DNA of 29,145 nucleotides, from NCBI GenBank assembly GCA_031372565.1, contig JANMLN010000050.1:1-29145 (forward strand). Direction: 5' to 3'. A model generated the notes under the pieces. It searched no databases. It was not told the origin of the DNA and was given only the letters and a program-made list of their open reading frames with translations. This DNA is from Gemmatimonadota bacterium (lineage in GTDB: Bacteria > Gemmatimonadota > Gemmatimonadetes > Gemmatimonadales > Gemmatimonadaceae). Shown here piece after piece: positions 9,138 to 18,455 of the stretch (its first letter is position 1; every line of letters starts with the position of its first letter). Made by a program: the position numbers and the translations under genes.

Positions 9138-10325
9138 TCATGTCGCCAGCACCGCCAGCGCCTTCTCGACATCCGCCGGCACATTGTACAGGTGCGGACT
9201 CAACCGCACGCTGCCCTCGCGCACGGAGTGCGTGACGCCTGCCGTCGTGAGCCGAGCGGACGCTGTGGCGGCATCGCCACGCGGTACGACCGCGAGAATC
9301 CCCGCGCGCCTTACCTTCGCCACCGGCGACGTCAGCCGCAGCCCCAGGCGCATGGCCGTGTCGATGCCCGCATCGAGCAACCCTTCGACATGCGCGTGCA
9401 CGCGATCAATCCCCACATCGAGCAACAACCCCACGCTCGCGTTGAACCCCACGAAGTCCTGGAACGGCAGCGAGATCACCTCGAAGCGGCGCGCATTGTC
9501 GCGCCACGCCAGCGAGTACTCGAGCATCGTCGAAAAGTCGTCTGTTCCCTCGGGGGCCATCCACCCGACCGCGTTCGGCTCGAGCGCGCGCACCAGCTCG
9601 CGCCGCATCCAGACAAACCCCGTTCCCCACGGGCTGAGCAGCCACTTCTGCGCCCCGCACGCGAGGATGTCCACCTGGCAGGCCGCAACATCGATCGGGA
9701 CCACGCCCAGTCCCTGGATCGCGTCCACGACGAACGTCACACCACCGCGCGCCCTGCACGCCGCCCCGATGCGCGCCAGATCCAGCCGGTACCCGTTCGC
9801 GAACCCCACCCAGCTCACCGTCACGACTTTGAGCCTGGGCGTCGTCGCGATGGCAGCCACGAGCGCGTCTTCATCCGGCCAGTCGCCCACGCACGGCACG
9901 CGCGTGTACACCACGCCATCGCGCTCGAGCGCCATCCACGGATACACGTTGGCCGGGAACTCGCGGTCCACGGTCAGCACCACGTCACCGGCCGCGAGCT
10001 CCAGACAGCGCGCCGCGACATTGAGGCCGTAGCTGGTGTTCACCATGAGCGCCACGTCATCGGGATGGCCGCCCACCAACCGGGCCGCCAATGCGCGCGA
10101 CTCGCTCAGCACGGCAAACTGGTGCTGCACCGTGAGCCGATACGGCTCCGCGCGCAGCTGGTTGAATGCCGCGGTCGCGGCCAGCGTGCGCTCGGGCAGC
10201 GGGCCGATCCCGGCGTGGTTCAAGTACGTGGCCGCGCCGTCGAGCGTCCACGGCCACTCGGCGGCGCGCAGCGCCTGAACGTCGTAGCCTGGCAGCGTGT
10301 CGGTCGTGTCCGTCGCCCCCATCAT
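9138..10325 (-). CDS. Aminotransferase class V-fold PLP enzyme
   Basis: YLNHAGIGP, EFPANVYPW, VDAIQGLG, GAQKWLL (PLP lysine), VRLSPHLYN; no SufS/IscS catalytic Cys motif seen. Confidence 0.88.
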   Translation of the reverse strand: MMGATDTTDTLPGYDVQALRAAEWPWTLDGAATYLNHAGIGPLPERTLAATAAFNQLRAEPYRLTVQHQFAVLSESRALAARLVGGHPDDVALMVNTSYGLNVAARCLELAAGDVVLTVDREFPANVYPWMALERDGVVYTRVPCVGDWPDEDALVAAIATTPRLKVVTVSWVGFANGYRLDLARIGAACRARGGVTFVVDAIQGLGVVPIDVAACQVDILACGAQKWLLSPWGTGFVWMRRELVRALEPNAVGWMAPEGTDDFSTMLEYSLAWRDNARRFEVISLPFQDFVGFNASVGLLLDVGIDRVHAHVEGLLDAGIDTAMRLGLRLTSPVAKVRRAGILAVVPRGDAATASARLTTAGVTHSVREGSVRLSPHLYNVPADVEKALAVLAT

Positions 10326-12181
10326 GCCGATGCCACCGGGTGCGGCGCCTCAACGCGGATCGCCGCCGCGGCCTCGCTCATCGGCATCGCGAACTGCAGC
10401 GCATGCAGCCGCGCATACGCCCCGCGATTGGCCAGCAACGTGTCGTGCGTGCCACGCTCCACGATCCTGCCACGATCCAGCACCACGATCTGCGCCGCAT
10501 GCTGCACGGTCGACAACCGGTGCGCGATCACGAACACCGTGCGCCCCTCCAGCAACCGGTCGATCGCCTCCTGCACCAACCGCTCGCTCTCGGTGTCGAG
10601 CGCACTCGTCGCTTCATCCAGAATCAGGATCGGCGGATCGATGAGCAGCGCCCGCGCGATCGCCAACCGCTGCTTCTGCCCGCCACTCAACCGCATGCCG
10701 CGGTCGCCCAGCACGGTGTCATACCCCTGCGGCAGCTCGGCGATGAACGCATGCGCGTTGGCCATGCGCGCGGCCCGCTCCACCTGCTCGCGCGTGTACT
10801 TCCCCGGCACGCCGTAGGCGATGTTCGCCGTCACGGTGTCGTTGAACAGCACGGTGTCCTGGCTCACGATCCCGATCAACGAGCGCAACGCGGGCAGCTT
10901 GATCTCCTGCGTGTCCACCCCATCGATCGTGATCCGCCCGCTCGTCGGCGCGTTGAACCGCGGAATCAGGTCGACGAGCGTGCTCTTCCCCGCCCCGCTC
11001 GCGCCCACGAGCGCCACCACTTCGCCCTTGCCCGCGCGCAACGTGATGTCCTGCAACACGGCGGAGTCGCCGTACGTGAACCCCACGCCCTCGAACGCGA
11101 CACCGTCCGACACGCCATGCACCTCGCGCGTGCCCCTGTCGGTCGCATCCTCGGTCGGATGATCGAGCACTTCGAACACGCGCTCCGATGCCGCCAGCGC
11201 GCCCTGCGCCACCGCCGGCAGCTGCGTGAGCGCCTTGAGCGGCTGCATGAGGCGCAGCACCACGGCAATGAAGCCGATCAGCTCGCTTCCCTGCATGGCG
11301 CCGTCGATCAACACCTGCCGGGCGCCGAACCAGAGCACCGCGACCGTGATGATCGTGCCGAGGACCTCGGAGAGCGGCTGCGACGCCAGCTGGGCGCGGC
11401 TCACCTTGACCATCCCGGATGAGTAGGTGTGGCTCGCTCCGGTGAAGCGCCGGTCCTCGTACGGCTCTGCGCGGAACGACTTGACCAGCCGCACGCCGCC
11501 GATGACCTCCTGCAACACCGACATCATCTCGCCGTAATCGTTGCGCAGCCGCCGGTTGCCCGTCCGCAGCCGCCGGAGCAGCGGCTGCAGCGAGAGGGTG
11601 AGCACCGGCACCACGACCAGTGCCATGAGCGAGAGCTGCCACGAGATCGCGAACATGAGCACGATGTACGACACCACCGTGGCCGACGCCTGGATGCCGC
11701 GCGTGACCAACTCCGTGGCCAGCGACTTGGTCTGGTCCGTGTCGGTGAGCACCCGCGCGATCAGCTGCCCCGACTTGTTGCGCCCGTAGAACGCCAGCGG
11801 CAACCGCACGAGATGACGATACACGGCATCGCGCAGGTCGCGCACCACGTACTCCTGCAGCTGGGCGCCGAACTGCCCCGCCGTCCACTGCAACACGTTC
11901 TTGATCACCATCACCGCGAGGATGATCCAGATCACGTGCTGCAGTGAGCCCATCTTGTCGGCGGGATCGAGAAAGACACCGATCGTCGACTCGAGCATCC
12001 GGCTGGCCAGCGACCCCGACAGCGGAATCGGGGGCAGCCCGAACAGCGCGTTCAGGAACGGAATCAGCAGCGAGAACGCGAAGGCATCGAACACGGCCGC
12101 GACCACCGAGCAGCCGATCGTCGCGAACATCCGCCACAGGTGCGGCTTCGTGAACTGGAAGAGCCGACGCCAGGCGCCCAC
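10322..12181 (-). CDS. ABC exporter, fused TMD-NBD (MsbA-like)
   Basis: N-terminal TM helices, Walker A GASGAGKS, VSQD, LSGGQKQR, ILILDEATSALD, IAHRL. Confidence 0.92.
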   Translation of the reverse strand: MGAWRRLFQFTKPHLWRMFATIGCSVVAAVFDAFAFSLLIPFLNALFGLPPIPLSGSLASRMLESTIGVFLDPADKMGSLQHVIWIILAVMVIKNVLQWTAGQFGAQLQEYVVRDLRDAVYRHLVRLPLAFYGRNKSGQLIARVLTDTDQTKSLATELVTRGIQASATVVSYIVLMFAISWQLSLMALVVVPVLTLSLQPLLRRLRTGNRRLRNDYGEMMSVLQEVIGGVRLVKSFRAEPYEDRRFTGASHTYSSGMVKVSRAQLASQPLSEVLGTIITVAVLWFGARQVLIDGAMQGSELIGFIAVVLRLMQPLKALTQLPAVAQGALAASERVFEVLDHPTEDATDRGTREVHGVSDGVAFEGVGFTYGDSAVLQDITLRAGKGEVVALVGASGAGKSTLVDLIPRFNAPTSGRITIDGVDTQEIKLPALRSLIGIVSQDTVLFNDTVTANIAYGVPGKYTREQVERAARMANAHAFIAELPQGYDTVLGDRGMRLSGGQKQRLAIARALLIDPPILILDEATSALDTESERLVQEAIDRLLEGRTVFVIAHRLSTVQHAAQIVVLDRGRIVERGTHDTLLANRGAYARLHALQFAMPMSEAAAAIRVEAPHPVASA

Positions 12182-12185
12182 GGCC

Positions 12186-13751
12186 CTATCCGCGCGGCGA
12201 GAGCAGGGCGAGCGGCAGGATCACTTCCTCGGGCGCCACGCCACCGTGGAGGAACGACCCGCGATACCGCGCCTGGTACTCGCGCAACTTGGTCGGATAG
12301 ACGAAGAACGCGTCGCCGGTCGCGATCATCGCCGTGACCCCCATCGCCCGGCGCGGCAGCCGGATGACTGTGGGATCGTGGAAGATCAGCGCGTGCTCCT
12401 TGTGCTCGGCGCGCAGGTCCTCGCCCATCTTGAAGCGGAGGTTCGGGCTGGCGTCCTTCTTGGCGTACACGGTGGCCGGTGTGAGGCAGTGCACCGCGCC
12501 GTGATCGCTCGTGAGCAGCACCGGCACCTTGCGACGCGCCGCTTCCTTGAGGAGCGAGAACAACGCTGACCGCTCGAACCACTGCTTCGTGAGGGCGCGC
12601 AGCGCGATCTCGTCCTTGGCCACCTCGGCGAGCACGAGCGACTCCGACCGGCCGTGCGTCAGCATGTCGACGAAGTTGAACACGAACGCGCTCACGCCAT
12701 CGGGCGCGATCGCGGTGTGCATGCGCCGGTCGAGGTCGGCGGTGTCGCGCGCCGTCGTGAGCTTCTCGTAGCGCACCGGCGTGGTTCCGCGCAGCTCCTT
12801 GAGATGCGCTTCGAGGAGCGGGCGCTCGTGGGCGTTCAGCGATTCGTCATCGCGATCATCGCGCCACCAATCCGGGAAGCGCGCGGCAATCTCGCCGGGA
12901 AAGAGCCCGCTGAAGAGCGCGTTGCGCGCATAGGGCGTGGCCGTCGGCAGGATGCTGAAGTAGTGCGTCACGTCGCAGTCGAACCACGGCGCGAGCAGCG
13001 GCTCGAGCACCTTCCACTGGTCGAGACGCAGGCAGTCCACGACGATGAACACGGCCGCCCGGTGCTGCACCAGCAACGGCGCGAGGAACTCCGACACGAC
13101 GTCCACCGAGAGCGGCGGACGGTCGCCCTGGAGATCGTTGCACCACTTCGGGTACGCGCCCTTCATGTACTCCGCGAAGTCGCGCTGCATCGCCGGATAG
13201 AGCCCGCGCAGCGACTCGTAGAGCCCTGTCTCGCCCGCGCCCGCGAGCTCCACGTCCCACTTCATGAGCTCGTCGAACCGCTCGATCCAGCCGCGCCAGT
13301 CGAGATCGCGCGATCGCACCGCTTCCAGCTCGCGAAAGCGCTCCGCGAACCCGCGCGAGATCGCCTGTTGGCGGAACTTCTCGCCGTCGAGCAACCGCGT
13401 GATGGCCGTGAGCACCTGCCGCGGCGTCACGGGCTTCACGAGGTAGTCGCGCACATTCGCGCCCAGCGCCTCGCGCAACGTGGCGTCGTCCTCGCTCTTG
13501 GTCACCATCACCACGGCCGTGGCAGGCGACACCGCCTGCATCTCCTTGAACGCGTCGAGGCCGCGCTTCCCCGGCATCTGCTCGTCCAGCAGCACCACGT
13601 CGAACGAATGGCGCTGCAGCATCGCGATGGCGTCATCGGCATTCGACGCCGCCTGCACGTCGTAGCCGTGGTCCCGCAGGAAGAGACGGTGCGGTTCCAG
13701 GAGTTCCGCCTCGTCGTCAACCCAGAGGACGGACCGCATGCGAGGTGCCAT
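12186..13751 (-). CDS. PorX-like response regulator: REC domain + PglZ (alkaline phosphatase superfamily) domain
   Basis: REC: WVDDE, LLDEQMPG, MVTKSE, YLVKP; PglZ: VDCLRLD, LPTATPYARNALFSG, NFVDMLTH, TSDHG, FLHGG..EE. Confidence 0.88.
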   Translation of the reverse strand: MAPRMRSVLWVDDEAELLEPHRLFLRDHGYDVQAASNADDAIAMLQRHSFDVVLLDEQMPGKRGLDAFKEMQAVSPATAVVMVTKSEDDATLREALGANVRDYLVKPVTPRQVLTAITRLLDGEKFRQQAISRGFAERFRELEAVRSRDLDWRGWIERFDELMKWDVELAGAGETGLYESLRGLYPAMQRDFAEYMKGAYPKWCNDLQGDRPPLSVDVVSEFLAPLLVQHRAAVFIVVDCLRLDQWKVLEPLLAPWFDCDVTHYFSILPTATPYARNALFSGLFPGEIAARFPDWWRDDRDDESLNAHERPLLEAHLKELRGTTPVRYEKLTTARDTADLDRRMHTAIAPDGVSAFVFNFVDMLTHGRSESLVLAEVAKDEIALRALTKQWFERSALFSLLKEAARRKVPVLLTSDHGAVHCLTPATVYAKKDASPNLRFKMGEDLRAEHKEHALIFHDPTVIRLPRRAMGVTAMIATGDAFFVYPTKLREYQARYRGSFLHGGVAPEEVILPLALLSPRG

Positions 13752-13757
13752 CGGGAA

Positions 13758-13820
13758 AAGTTAGCGAGCCGCGCTCCCGAGGGCGACCGTGCTGGCCCCG
13801 TGACCCGCGACGGGTAGCTT
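13758..13820. promoter_or_regulatory. Back-to-back leaderless-type -10 elements
   Basis: TAACTT (minus, 13763-13758) 6 nt before ATG 13751; TAGCTT (plus, 13815-13820) 7 nt before ATG 13828. Confidence 0.55.
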
Positions 13821-13827
13821 TGCGCTC

Positions 13828-14214
13828 ATGCTCCCTGCCCCGCCGTTCGCCCTCGCCACGCCGCGCATCCGATTTGCCGCGCTGGCCGTGCGCGCGGCAC
13901 GCACCCCCTTGGGTGGCGGGCGCGAGGCACTCTGGGCGCTCTGGATGCTCGCACGGCTCGGCGCCGGCGCCGTCCCCGGTGCGCTGCCCCCGGCCACCCG
14001 CATCGCCCGCGCGCAGGCGGCCCGCAGTTGGCTCTCGGCGCTCGCCCTGAGCCCGGCGCTTCGCCCGCTGGTGCTGCGCTGTGCAGATCTGGCCGCCGGC
14101 GAGGTGGGTCCACTCCGGGAGGAACTCGCCAATGTGATGCAGGTCACCGCTCCATACCTCGACCGGGCCACAGCCGCAGAGCTATCCGCGTTACTGCACG
14201 AACTCGTGCCATGA
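13828..14214 (+). CDS. Hypothetical Ala/Leu-rich, probably helical protein (128 aa)
   Basis: ATG preceded by a TAGCTT box, fills the gap before the DnaB-like gene; no family recognised. Confidence 0.65.
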   Translation: MLPAPPFALATPRIRFAALAVRAARTPLGGGREALWALWMLARLGAGAVPGALPPATRIARAQAARSWLSALALSPALRPLVLRCADLAAGEVGPLREELANVMQVTAPYLDRATAAELSALLHELVP

Positions 14215-14241
14215 TGTTTCCTTGCCCGTATGCTTGCGATG

Positions 14242-15111
14242 ATGGATACTAGGAGCATGGTTCGGCGTCCCGATCCGATTCCGGCAGCCCGCGTCCTCGA
14301 ACGCGTCGATGCCGTGGCCGACGGTGCTCGCGCGACCGACACGGTCCCGACCGGCTTTCCGTCCGTCGATCGCATCCTCGGCGGCGGGCCGCGGCATGGT
14401 GACCTGGTCGTGCTCGGGGGCGACGTGGGCAGCGGCAAGTCGTCGCTCGCGCTCGCGTTTGCGCTGCGCGCCCCGCAGTTCGGCGCGTCCACGGCGTTCT
14501 TCTCGGCCGAGATGTCGATGGACCGGCTGCTGGAGCGTGCGCTGGCGGTCGAAGGGCGCGCCCGCGTCGACGACATGCGGCGCGGCAATCTCGACGAGCG
14601 GACCCGTGTCGCCCTCGGCGTGGCCGCCCTCCGGCTGCGCGATGCATCGCCGCGCTTCCAGGTGCTGCCCATCGGCGGCGTCGAGGCGCTGCGCGACCAG
14701 GTGCGCATTGCGCCGCACCCGCACTTCCTCGTCGTCGACAGCCTGCAGTCGCTCGTGCCGCCAGGACGCCCGCTCGATGAGGAACTCGCATCGGCGGTGC
14801 GCGCGCTCAAGCATCTCGCGCTCGAACTCGACATGGCGATCATCACGACCGCACATCTCCCCGAGTTCACGCCGGGCCGCGCGGACATGCGCCCGCGGCT
14901 CGACGACTTTGGCGCCCTCAGCGCCGTCAAGCAGCACGCCGATGTCGTCCTCGGCCTCTTTCGCGAGGAGATGTACAGCTTCCCCACGGGCATCGAGGGC
15001 GCGACCGAGTTGCACGTGCTCAAGAACCGGAGCGGCGGCCTCGGATACGTCGACCTGTATTTCTACAAGCAGTGGATGCGGTTTGAAGACATGCTCGACC
15101 CTGATCGCTGA
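14242..15111 (+). CDS. DnaB-like helicase C-terminal domain protein (lacks the DnaB N-terminal domain)
   Basis: VPTGFPSVD, Walker A GDVGSGKS, FFSAEMS, VVDSLQ, LKHLALEL, RPRLDD, ADVVL, KNRSG; start uncertain among 14230/14239/14242/14257. Confidence 0.85.
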   Translation: MDTRSMVRRPDPIPAARVLERVDAVADGARATDTVPTGFPSVDRILGGGPRHGDLVVLGGDVGSGKSSLALAFALRAPQFGASTAFFSAEMSMDRLLERALAVEGRARVDDMRRGNLDERTRVALGVAALRLRDASPRFQVLPIGGVEALRDQVRIAPHPHFLVVDSLQSLVPPGRPLDEELASAVRALKHLALELDMAIITTAHLPEFTPGRADMRPRLDDFGALSAVKQHADVVLGLFREEMYSFPTGIEGATELHVLKNRSGGLGYVDLYFYKQWMRFEDMLDPDR

Positions 15112-15125
15112 CCCCAGGAGCATCC

Positions 15126-16520
15126 GTGACCCTTCGATTCGTGCCGCGCCTCGCGGCGCTCGCCACCTGCCTGCTCGCCGCCTGTGCCAGCGGCGGCGCA
15201 CGGCCCTCGTCCGACGCGATTGCGCGGCTCGAGGCCGCGCGGGTGAAGAGCCCGAACTCGGCCGCCGCCCTGCGGGCGCTCGGCATCGCCTACTACCAGG
15301 CGCAGCGATTCGCCGAAGCGCGCGACATGCTCATCCTCGCCGAGCGGGCGCTGCCCAATGACGGCGCGACCGCACTGTTCCGGGGGCTCGCGGCCGAAGG
15401 ATTGAACGACTTCGAGGGCGCGCGTGCGGCGTACACGAGCTATCTGGCGGTCGGCACGTCGTCGCGTACCAAGGCGCAGATCCGCGACCGGCTCGCGTCG
15501 GTGGCGCGCAACGAGCTCGAGGCGACGGCCAAGTCGGCGGTCGCGCGCGAAGCCGAACTGTCGCGTGTGCCGGGCCCCGCCAACACGATCGCCGTGCCGC
15601 CGCTCAAGTTCACCGGCTCCGATACCAACCTCGTGCCGCTCGAGCGCGGTGTGGCCGAGCTGCTCATCACCGACCTGGCGCGGTCGAGCCAACTCACGAT
15701 CCTCGAGCGTGAACGGATGCAGTCGCTGCTTGACGAAGTGGCGCGCGGCCAGACCAATCGCATCGACGAGGACACGAAGGTCCGCGCCGGCAAGATCCTG
15801 CAGGCGGGGCGGCTCATCCAGGGCGGCATTCTGCAGACGGGCCCCGAGCGTATCCAGCTCACGACCAACGTCGTGAACGTGGCCACCTCGCGCACCACGG
15901 GCTCGGCCAGTGGCGACGACGGACTCGATCAGCTGTTCGCGCTCGAAAAGCGGATCGTCTTCCAGCTGTTCACCAACCTCGGCATCCAGCTCACGGCCGC
16001 CGAGCGCCAGCTGATCGACGACAACAAGCCGACGCGCAACCTCAAGGCATTCCTCGCCTACAGCCGCGGCCTGGTGGCCGAGGACCGCGGCGACTTCAAT
16101 GGCGCGGCGCAGTTCTTCAACGACGCACGCGGGTTGGACCCCGGCTTCAATGCGGCCGGCATCCGCTCCGCGGGAGCCACCGCCGCGGCGCAGGGCGCGG
16201 GGGTCACGGGTGCGAGCGTTCAGGCGTCCACGACCGGCACGCGTGAAGGGGCGGCCGTGCGCGCCGCGACGAACGGCACGCTCAACGTCGTTTCGTCGAG
16301 CGGCGGGGTCAATCAAGTCGTGAACGACGTGAACGCCTCGCAGGCCGCCAACAGCGCCTCGAGTGGCCAGACCTTCTCGGGCAGCGGTCCGGGTGGACAG
16401 AACACGAACACGGGATCGGGCGGACCTCCGCCCATCACGCCAACCGCTCCGAACGCGCCGCCGACGCCCGTGCCGTCGACCACGGGCACGATCACGTTCG
16501 TCATCCGGCCCCCAGCATGA
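15126..16520 (+). CDS. Lipoprotein with TPR repeats, a CsgG/HfaB/TolB-N-like domain and a Ser/Thr/Gly/Pro-rich tail
   Basis: SD AGGAG; lipobox LAAC; TPR-like ALRALGIAYYQAQRFAEA; TIAVPPL...AELLITDL...ILERERMQSLLDE...RAGKILQAGRLIQG. Confidence 0.75.
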   Translation: MTLRFVPRLAALATCLLAACASGGARPSSDAIARLEAARVKSPNSAAALRALGIAYYQAQRFAEARDMLILAERALPNDGATALFRGLAAEGLNDFEGARAAYTSYLAVGTSSRTKAQIRDRLASVARNELEATAKSAVAREAELSRVPGPANTIAVPPLKFTGSDTNLVPLERGVAELLITDLARSSQLTILERERMQSLLDEVARGQTNRIDEDTKVRAGKILQAGRLIQGGILQTGPERIQLTTNVVNVATSRTTGSASGDDGLDQLFALEKRIVFQLFTNLGIQLTAAERQLIDDNKPTRNLKAFLAYSRGLVAEDRGDFNGAAQFFNDARGLDPGFNAAGIRSAGATAAAQGAGVTGASVQASTTGTREGAAVRAATNGTLNVVSSSGGVNQVVNDVNASQAANSASSGQTFSGSGPGGQNTNTGSGGPPPITPTAPNAPPTPVPSTTGTITFVIRPPA

Positions 16521-17560
16521 CCATGCGCCCACTTCTCATGCCGGGCGCGCTCGTCGCCCTCGCCGCCCTCCCGCTCGCGGCGCAGGACGCAACGACCTTT
16601 CGCGCCGGACCGACCTTCGTCTCGTACACGGTTGCCGGAACGACGACCTCGCAGATCGCGGTGCCGATCGTCGCGATCATCCCGGTGTCGAGCCGCTTCT
16701 CGCTCGATATCGCCACCGCCTTCGCCAGCACCGAGACCAAAGCCGGTAGCTCCACGAGTTCCATCTCGGGACTGACCGACACGCAGCTGCGCGCGAACTA
16801 CGCGCTGAACGGCGACAATCTCGTCCTCACCGTCGGCTTCAACCTTCCCACGGGCAAGTCCGCGGTCCAGGCCGACCAGATCGCGGCGGCGCAGGCGATC
16901 GGCATCGACTTCTTCACCTTCCCCGTGCCGGCCTACGGCACCGGCGGGGCCGGCACGCTCGGCATCGCCTATGCCGGACAGGCGGGCGACTGGGAACTCG
17001 GCGCCGGCGGCAGCTTCCGCAAGGCCACCGGGTTCGAGCCCGCGTCCGGTTCATCGATCAAGTACACCCCGGGCGACGAGTACCGCATGCGTCTCGGGGC
17101 AACGCGCGCCGTCGGCGACGGGCGCCTCGCGCTGGGCGTGATCTTCTCCGCGTTCGGCACCCCCAAGTACGACACCACCTCGATCAGCACGGGGCCACGC
17201 GCCATCATTCAGGCCGTGTACTCCCAACCAACGGGCGTCGGCGAGTTGTTCCTCACGCTCTGGAACCTCTACACCGGCAGCGGACAGCTGCTCGCGGGCA
17301 AGGCTGAGGCATCCAACATCGTGAACCTGGGAGTGGCGCTCGGTGTCCGCCGCGGCGACATCACCTTCGAGCCGAACGTCGAAGCGCGCCTCATCTCGCA
17401 GGGCGCGTCGAGCGGCAATCTGATCTTCCCCGGCCTCCGGGTCCGCATTCCGGCTGGCGCATGGACCATCTATCCGGGCCTCTCGGGCGCCTTCGGCAGC
17501 GTCGTCAACCAGTCGGTGTCGGGGTTCCGCGGCACCTTGGGCGTGCAGTTCAACCCGTAG
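16517..17560 (+). CDS. Predicted outer-membrane beta-barrel protein
   Basis: Signal peptide (LAA-QD), alternating amphipathic strands, SGLTDTQLR...LTVGFNLPTG motif, C-terminus GTLGVQFNP; ATGA overlap with the upstream gene. Confidence 0.7.
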   Translation: MTMRPLLMPGALVALAALPLAAQDATTFRAGPTFVSYTVAGTTTSQIAVPIVAIIPVSSRFSLDIATAFASTETKAGSSTSSISGLTDTQLRANYALNGDNLVLTVGFNLPTGKSAVQADQIAAAQAIGIDFFTFPVPAYGTGGAGTLGIAYAGQAGDWELGAGGSFRKATGFEPASGSSIKYTPGDEYRMRLGATRAVGDGRLALGVIFSAFGTPKYDTTSISTGPRAIIQAVYSQPTGVGELFLTLWNLYTGSGQLLAGKAEASNIVNLGVALGVRRGDITFEPNVEARLISQGASSGNLIFPGLRVRIPAGAWTIYPGLSGAFGSVVNQSVSGFRGTLGVQFNP

Positions 17561-17580
17561 CCCTCGGCCGCACGTCCCCC

Positions 17581-17615
17581 CGGGGCGGTCCTGCGCAGCA
17601 CGCGGGGCCGCCCCG
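17581..17615 (+). terminator. Strong GC hairpin after the beta-barrel gene (no U-tract)
   Basis: CGGGGCGGTCCTGCG-cagca-CGCGGGGCCGCCCCG, 15-bp stem with G-U pairs. Confidence 0.5.
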
Positions 17616-17688
17616 CTGCGTTGGAGGCCCGGCCCCTCGGCGTGTATCTTGGGAGACCTTCCGTACACGCCTTTCCCGAGAGTCGAGC

Positions 17689-18435
17689 ATGGCTGGCCAC
17701 AGTAAGTGGAAGCAGATCAAGCACTACAAGGCGGCAACCGACGCCAAGCGCGGCGCCAAGTTCACCAAGATGATCCGCGAGATCACCGTGGCCGCGAAGA
17801 CCGGCGGCGGTGATCCCGACGGCAATCCGCGCCTCCGCACCGCGATCGACATCGCCAAGGCGGCGTCGATGCCCAAGGAGAACATCGAGCGCGGCATCAA
17901 GAAGGGGACGGGCGAACTCGAAGGGGTCGACTACGTCGAGGTCGTGTACGAGGCGTACGGACCGGGTGGCGTCGCCATCATGATCCAGGCGCTCACCGAC
18001 AACGCCACGCGCACCGTGGCCGAAGTCCGCGCCAAGCTCTCGCGGCTGGGCGGCAATCTCGGCACCACCAACTCGGTGTCGTTCATGTTCGACCGAAAGG
18101 GCGTGATCACCATCGACGCCGCCGGCAAGGACGAAGACGGCGCGATGGAAGTCGCGCTCGAGGGGGGCGCCGAAGACTTCGCGTGCGACGACGACGTGTT
18201 CAACGTGACCACCGCACCGTCGGACCTGCATGCGGTGCGGGTGGCGCTCGAGGCCAAGGGGCTCGTGGCGCGGGAAGCCACCTTCGCGTGGATCCCCAAG
18301 AGCACCGTGCCCGTCGAGGGCGCCGTCGCGGAGCAACTGCTCAAGCTGCTCGAAGCGCTCGAGGAACTCGACGACGTGCAGAAGGTCGACGCCAACTTCG
18401 ACATGGACGTCTCGGCGATGCAGGCCGAGGGATAG
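17689..18435 (+). CDS. yebC: YebC/PmpR family protein
   Basis: MAGHSKW, GGDPDGNPRLR, YEAYGPGG, LEELDDVQKV; TGTATCTT -10-like box at 17643-17650. Confidence 0.96.
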   Translation: MAGHSKWKQIKHYKAATDAKRGAKFTKMIREITVAAKTGGGDPDGNPRLRTAIDIAKAASMPKENIERGIKKGTGELEGVDYVEVVYEAYGPGGVAIMIQALTDNATRTVAEVRAKLSRLGGNLGTTNSVSFMFDRKGVITIDAAGKDEDGAMEVALEGGAEDFACDDDVFNVTTAPSDLHAVRVALEAKGLVAREATFAWIPKSTVPVEGAVAEQLLKLLEALEELDDVQKVDANFDMDVSAMQAEG

Positions 18436-18455
18436 GGACGCGTCCTGACACCGGC

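Noticed and set aside
9138..10325. Cysteine desulfurase (sufS/iscS) assignment
   Set aside because: Catalytic Cys loop (RxGHHCA or SSGSAC) is absent
12186..15111. PglZ plus ATPase read as a BREX defence system
   Set aside because: PglZ is fused to a REC domain (PorX architecture); no BrxC, PglX, BrxA/B or BrxL; housekeeping context
14230..15111. Prophage or the main replicative dnaB
   Set aside because: No phage genes or att sites nearby; lacks the N-terminal domain and the RESG motif of replicative DnaB
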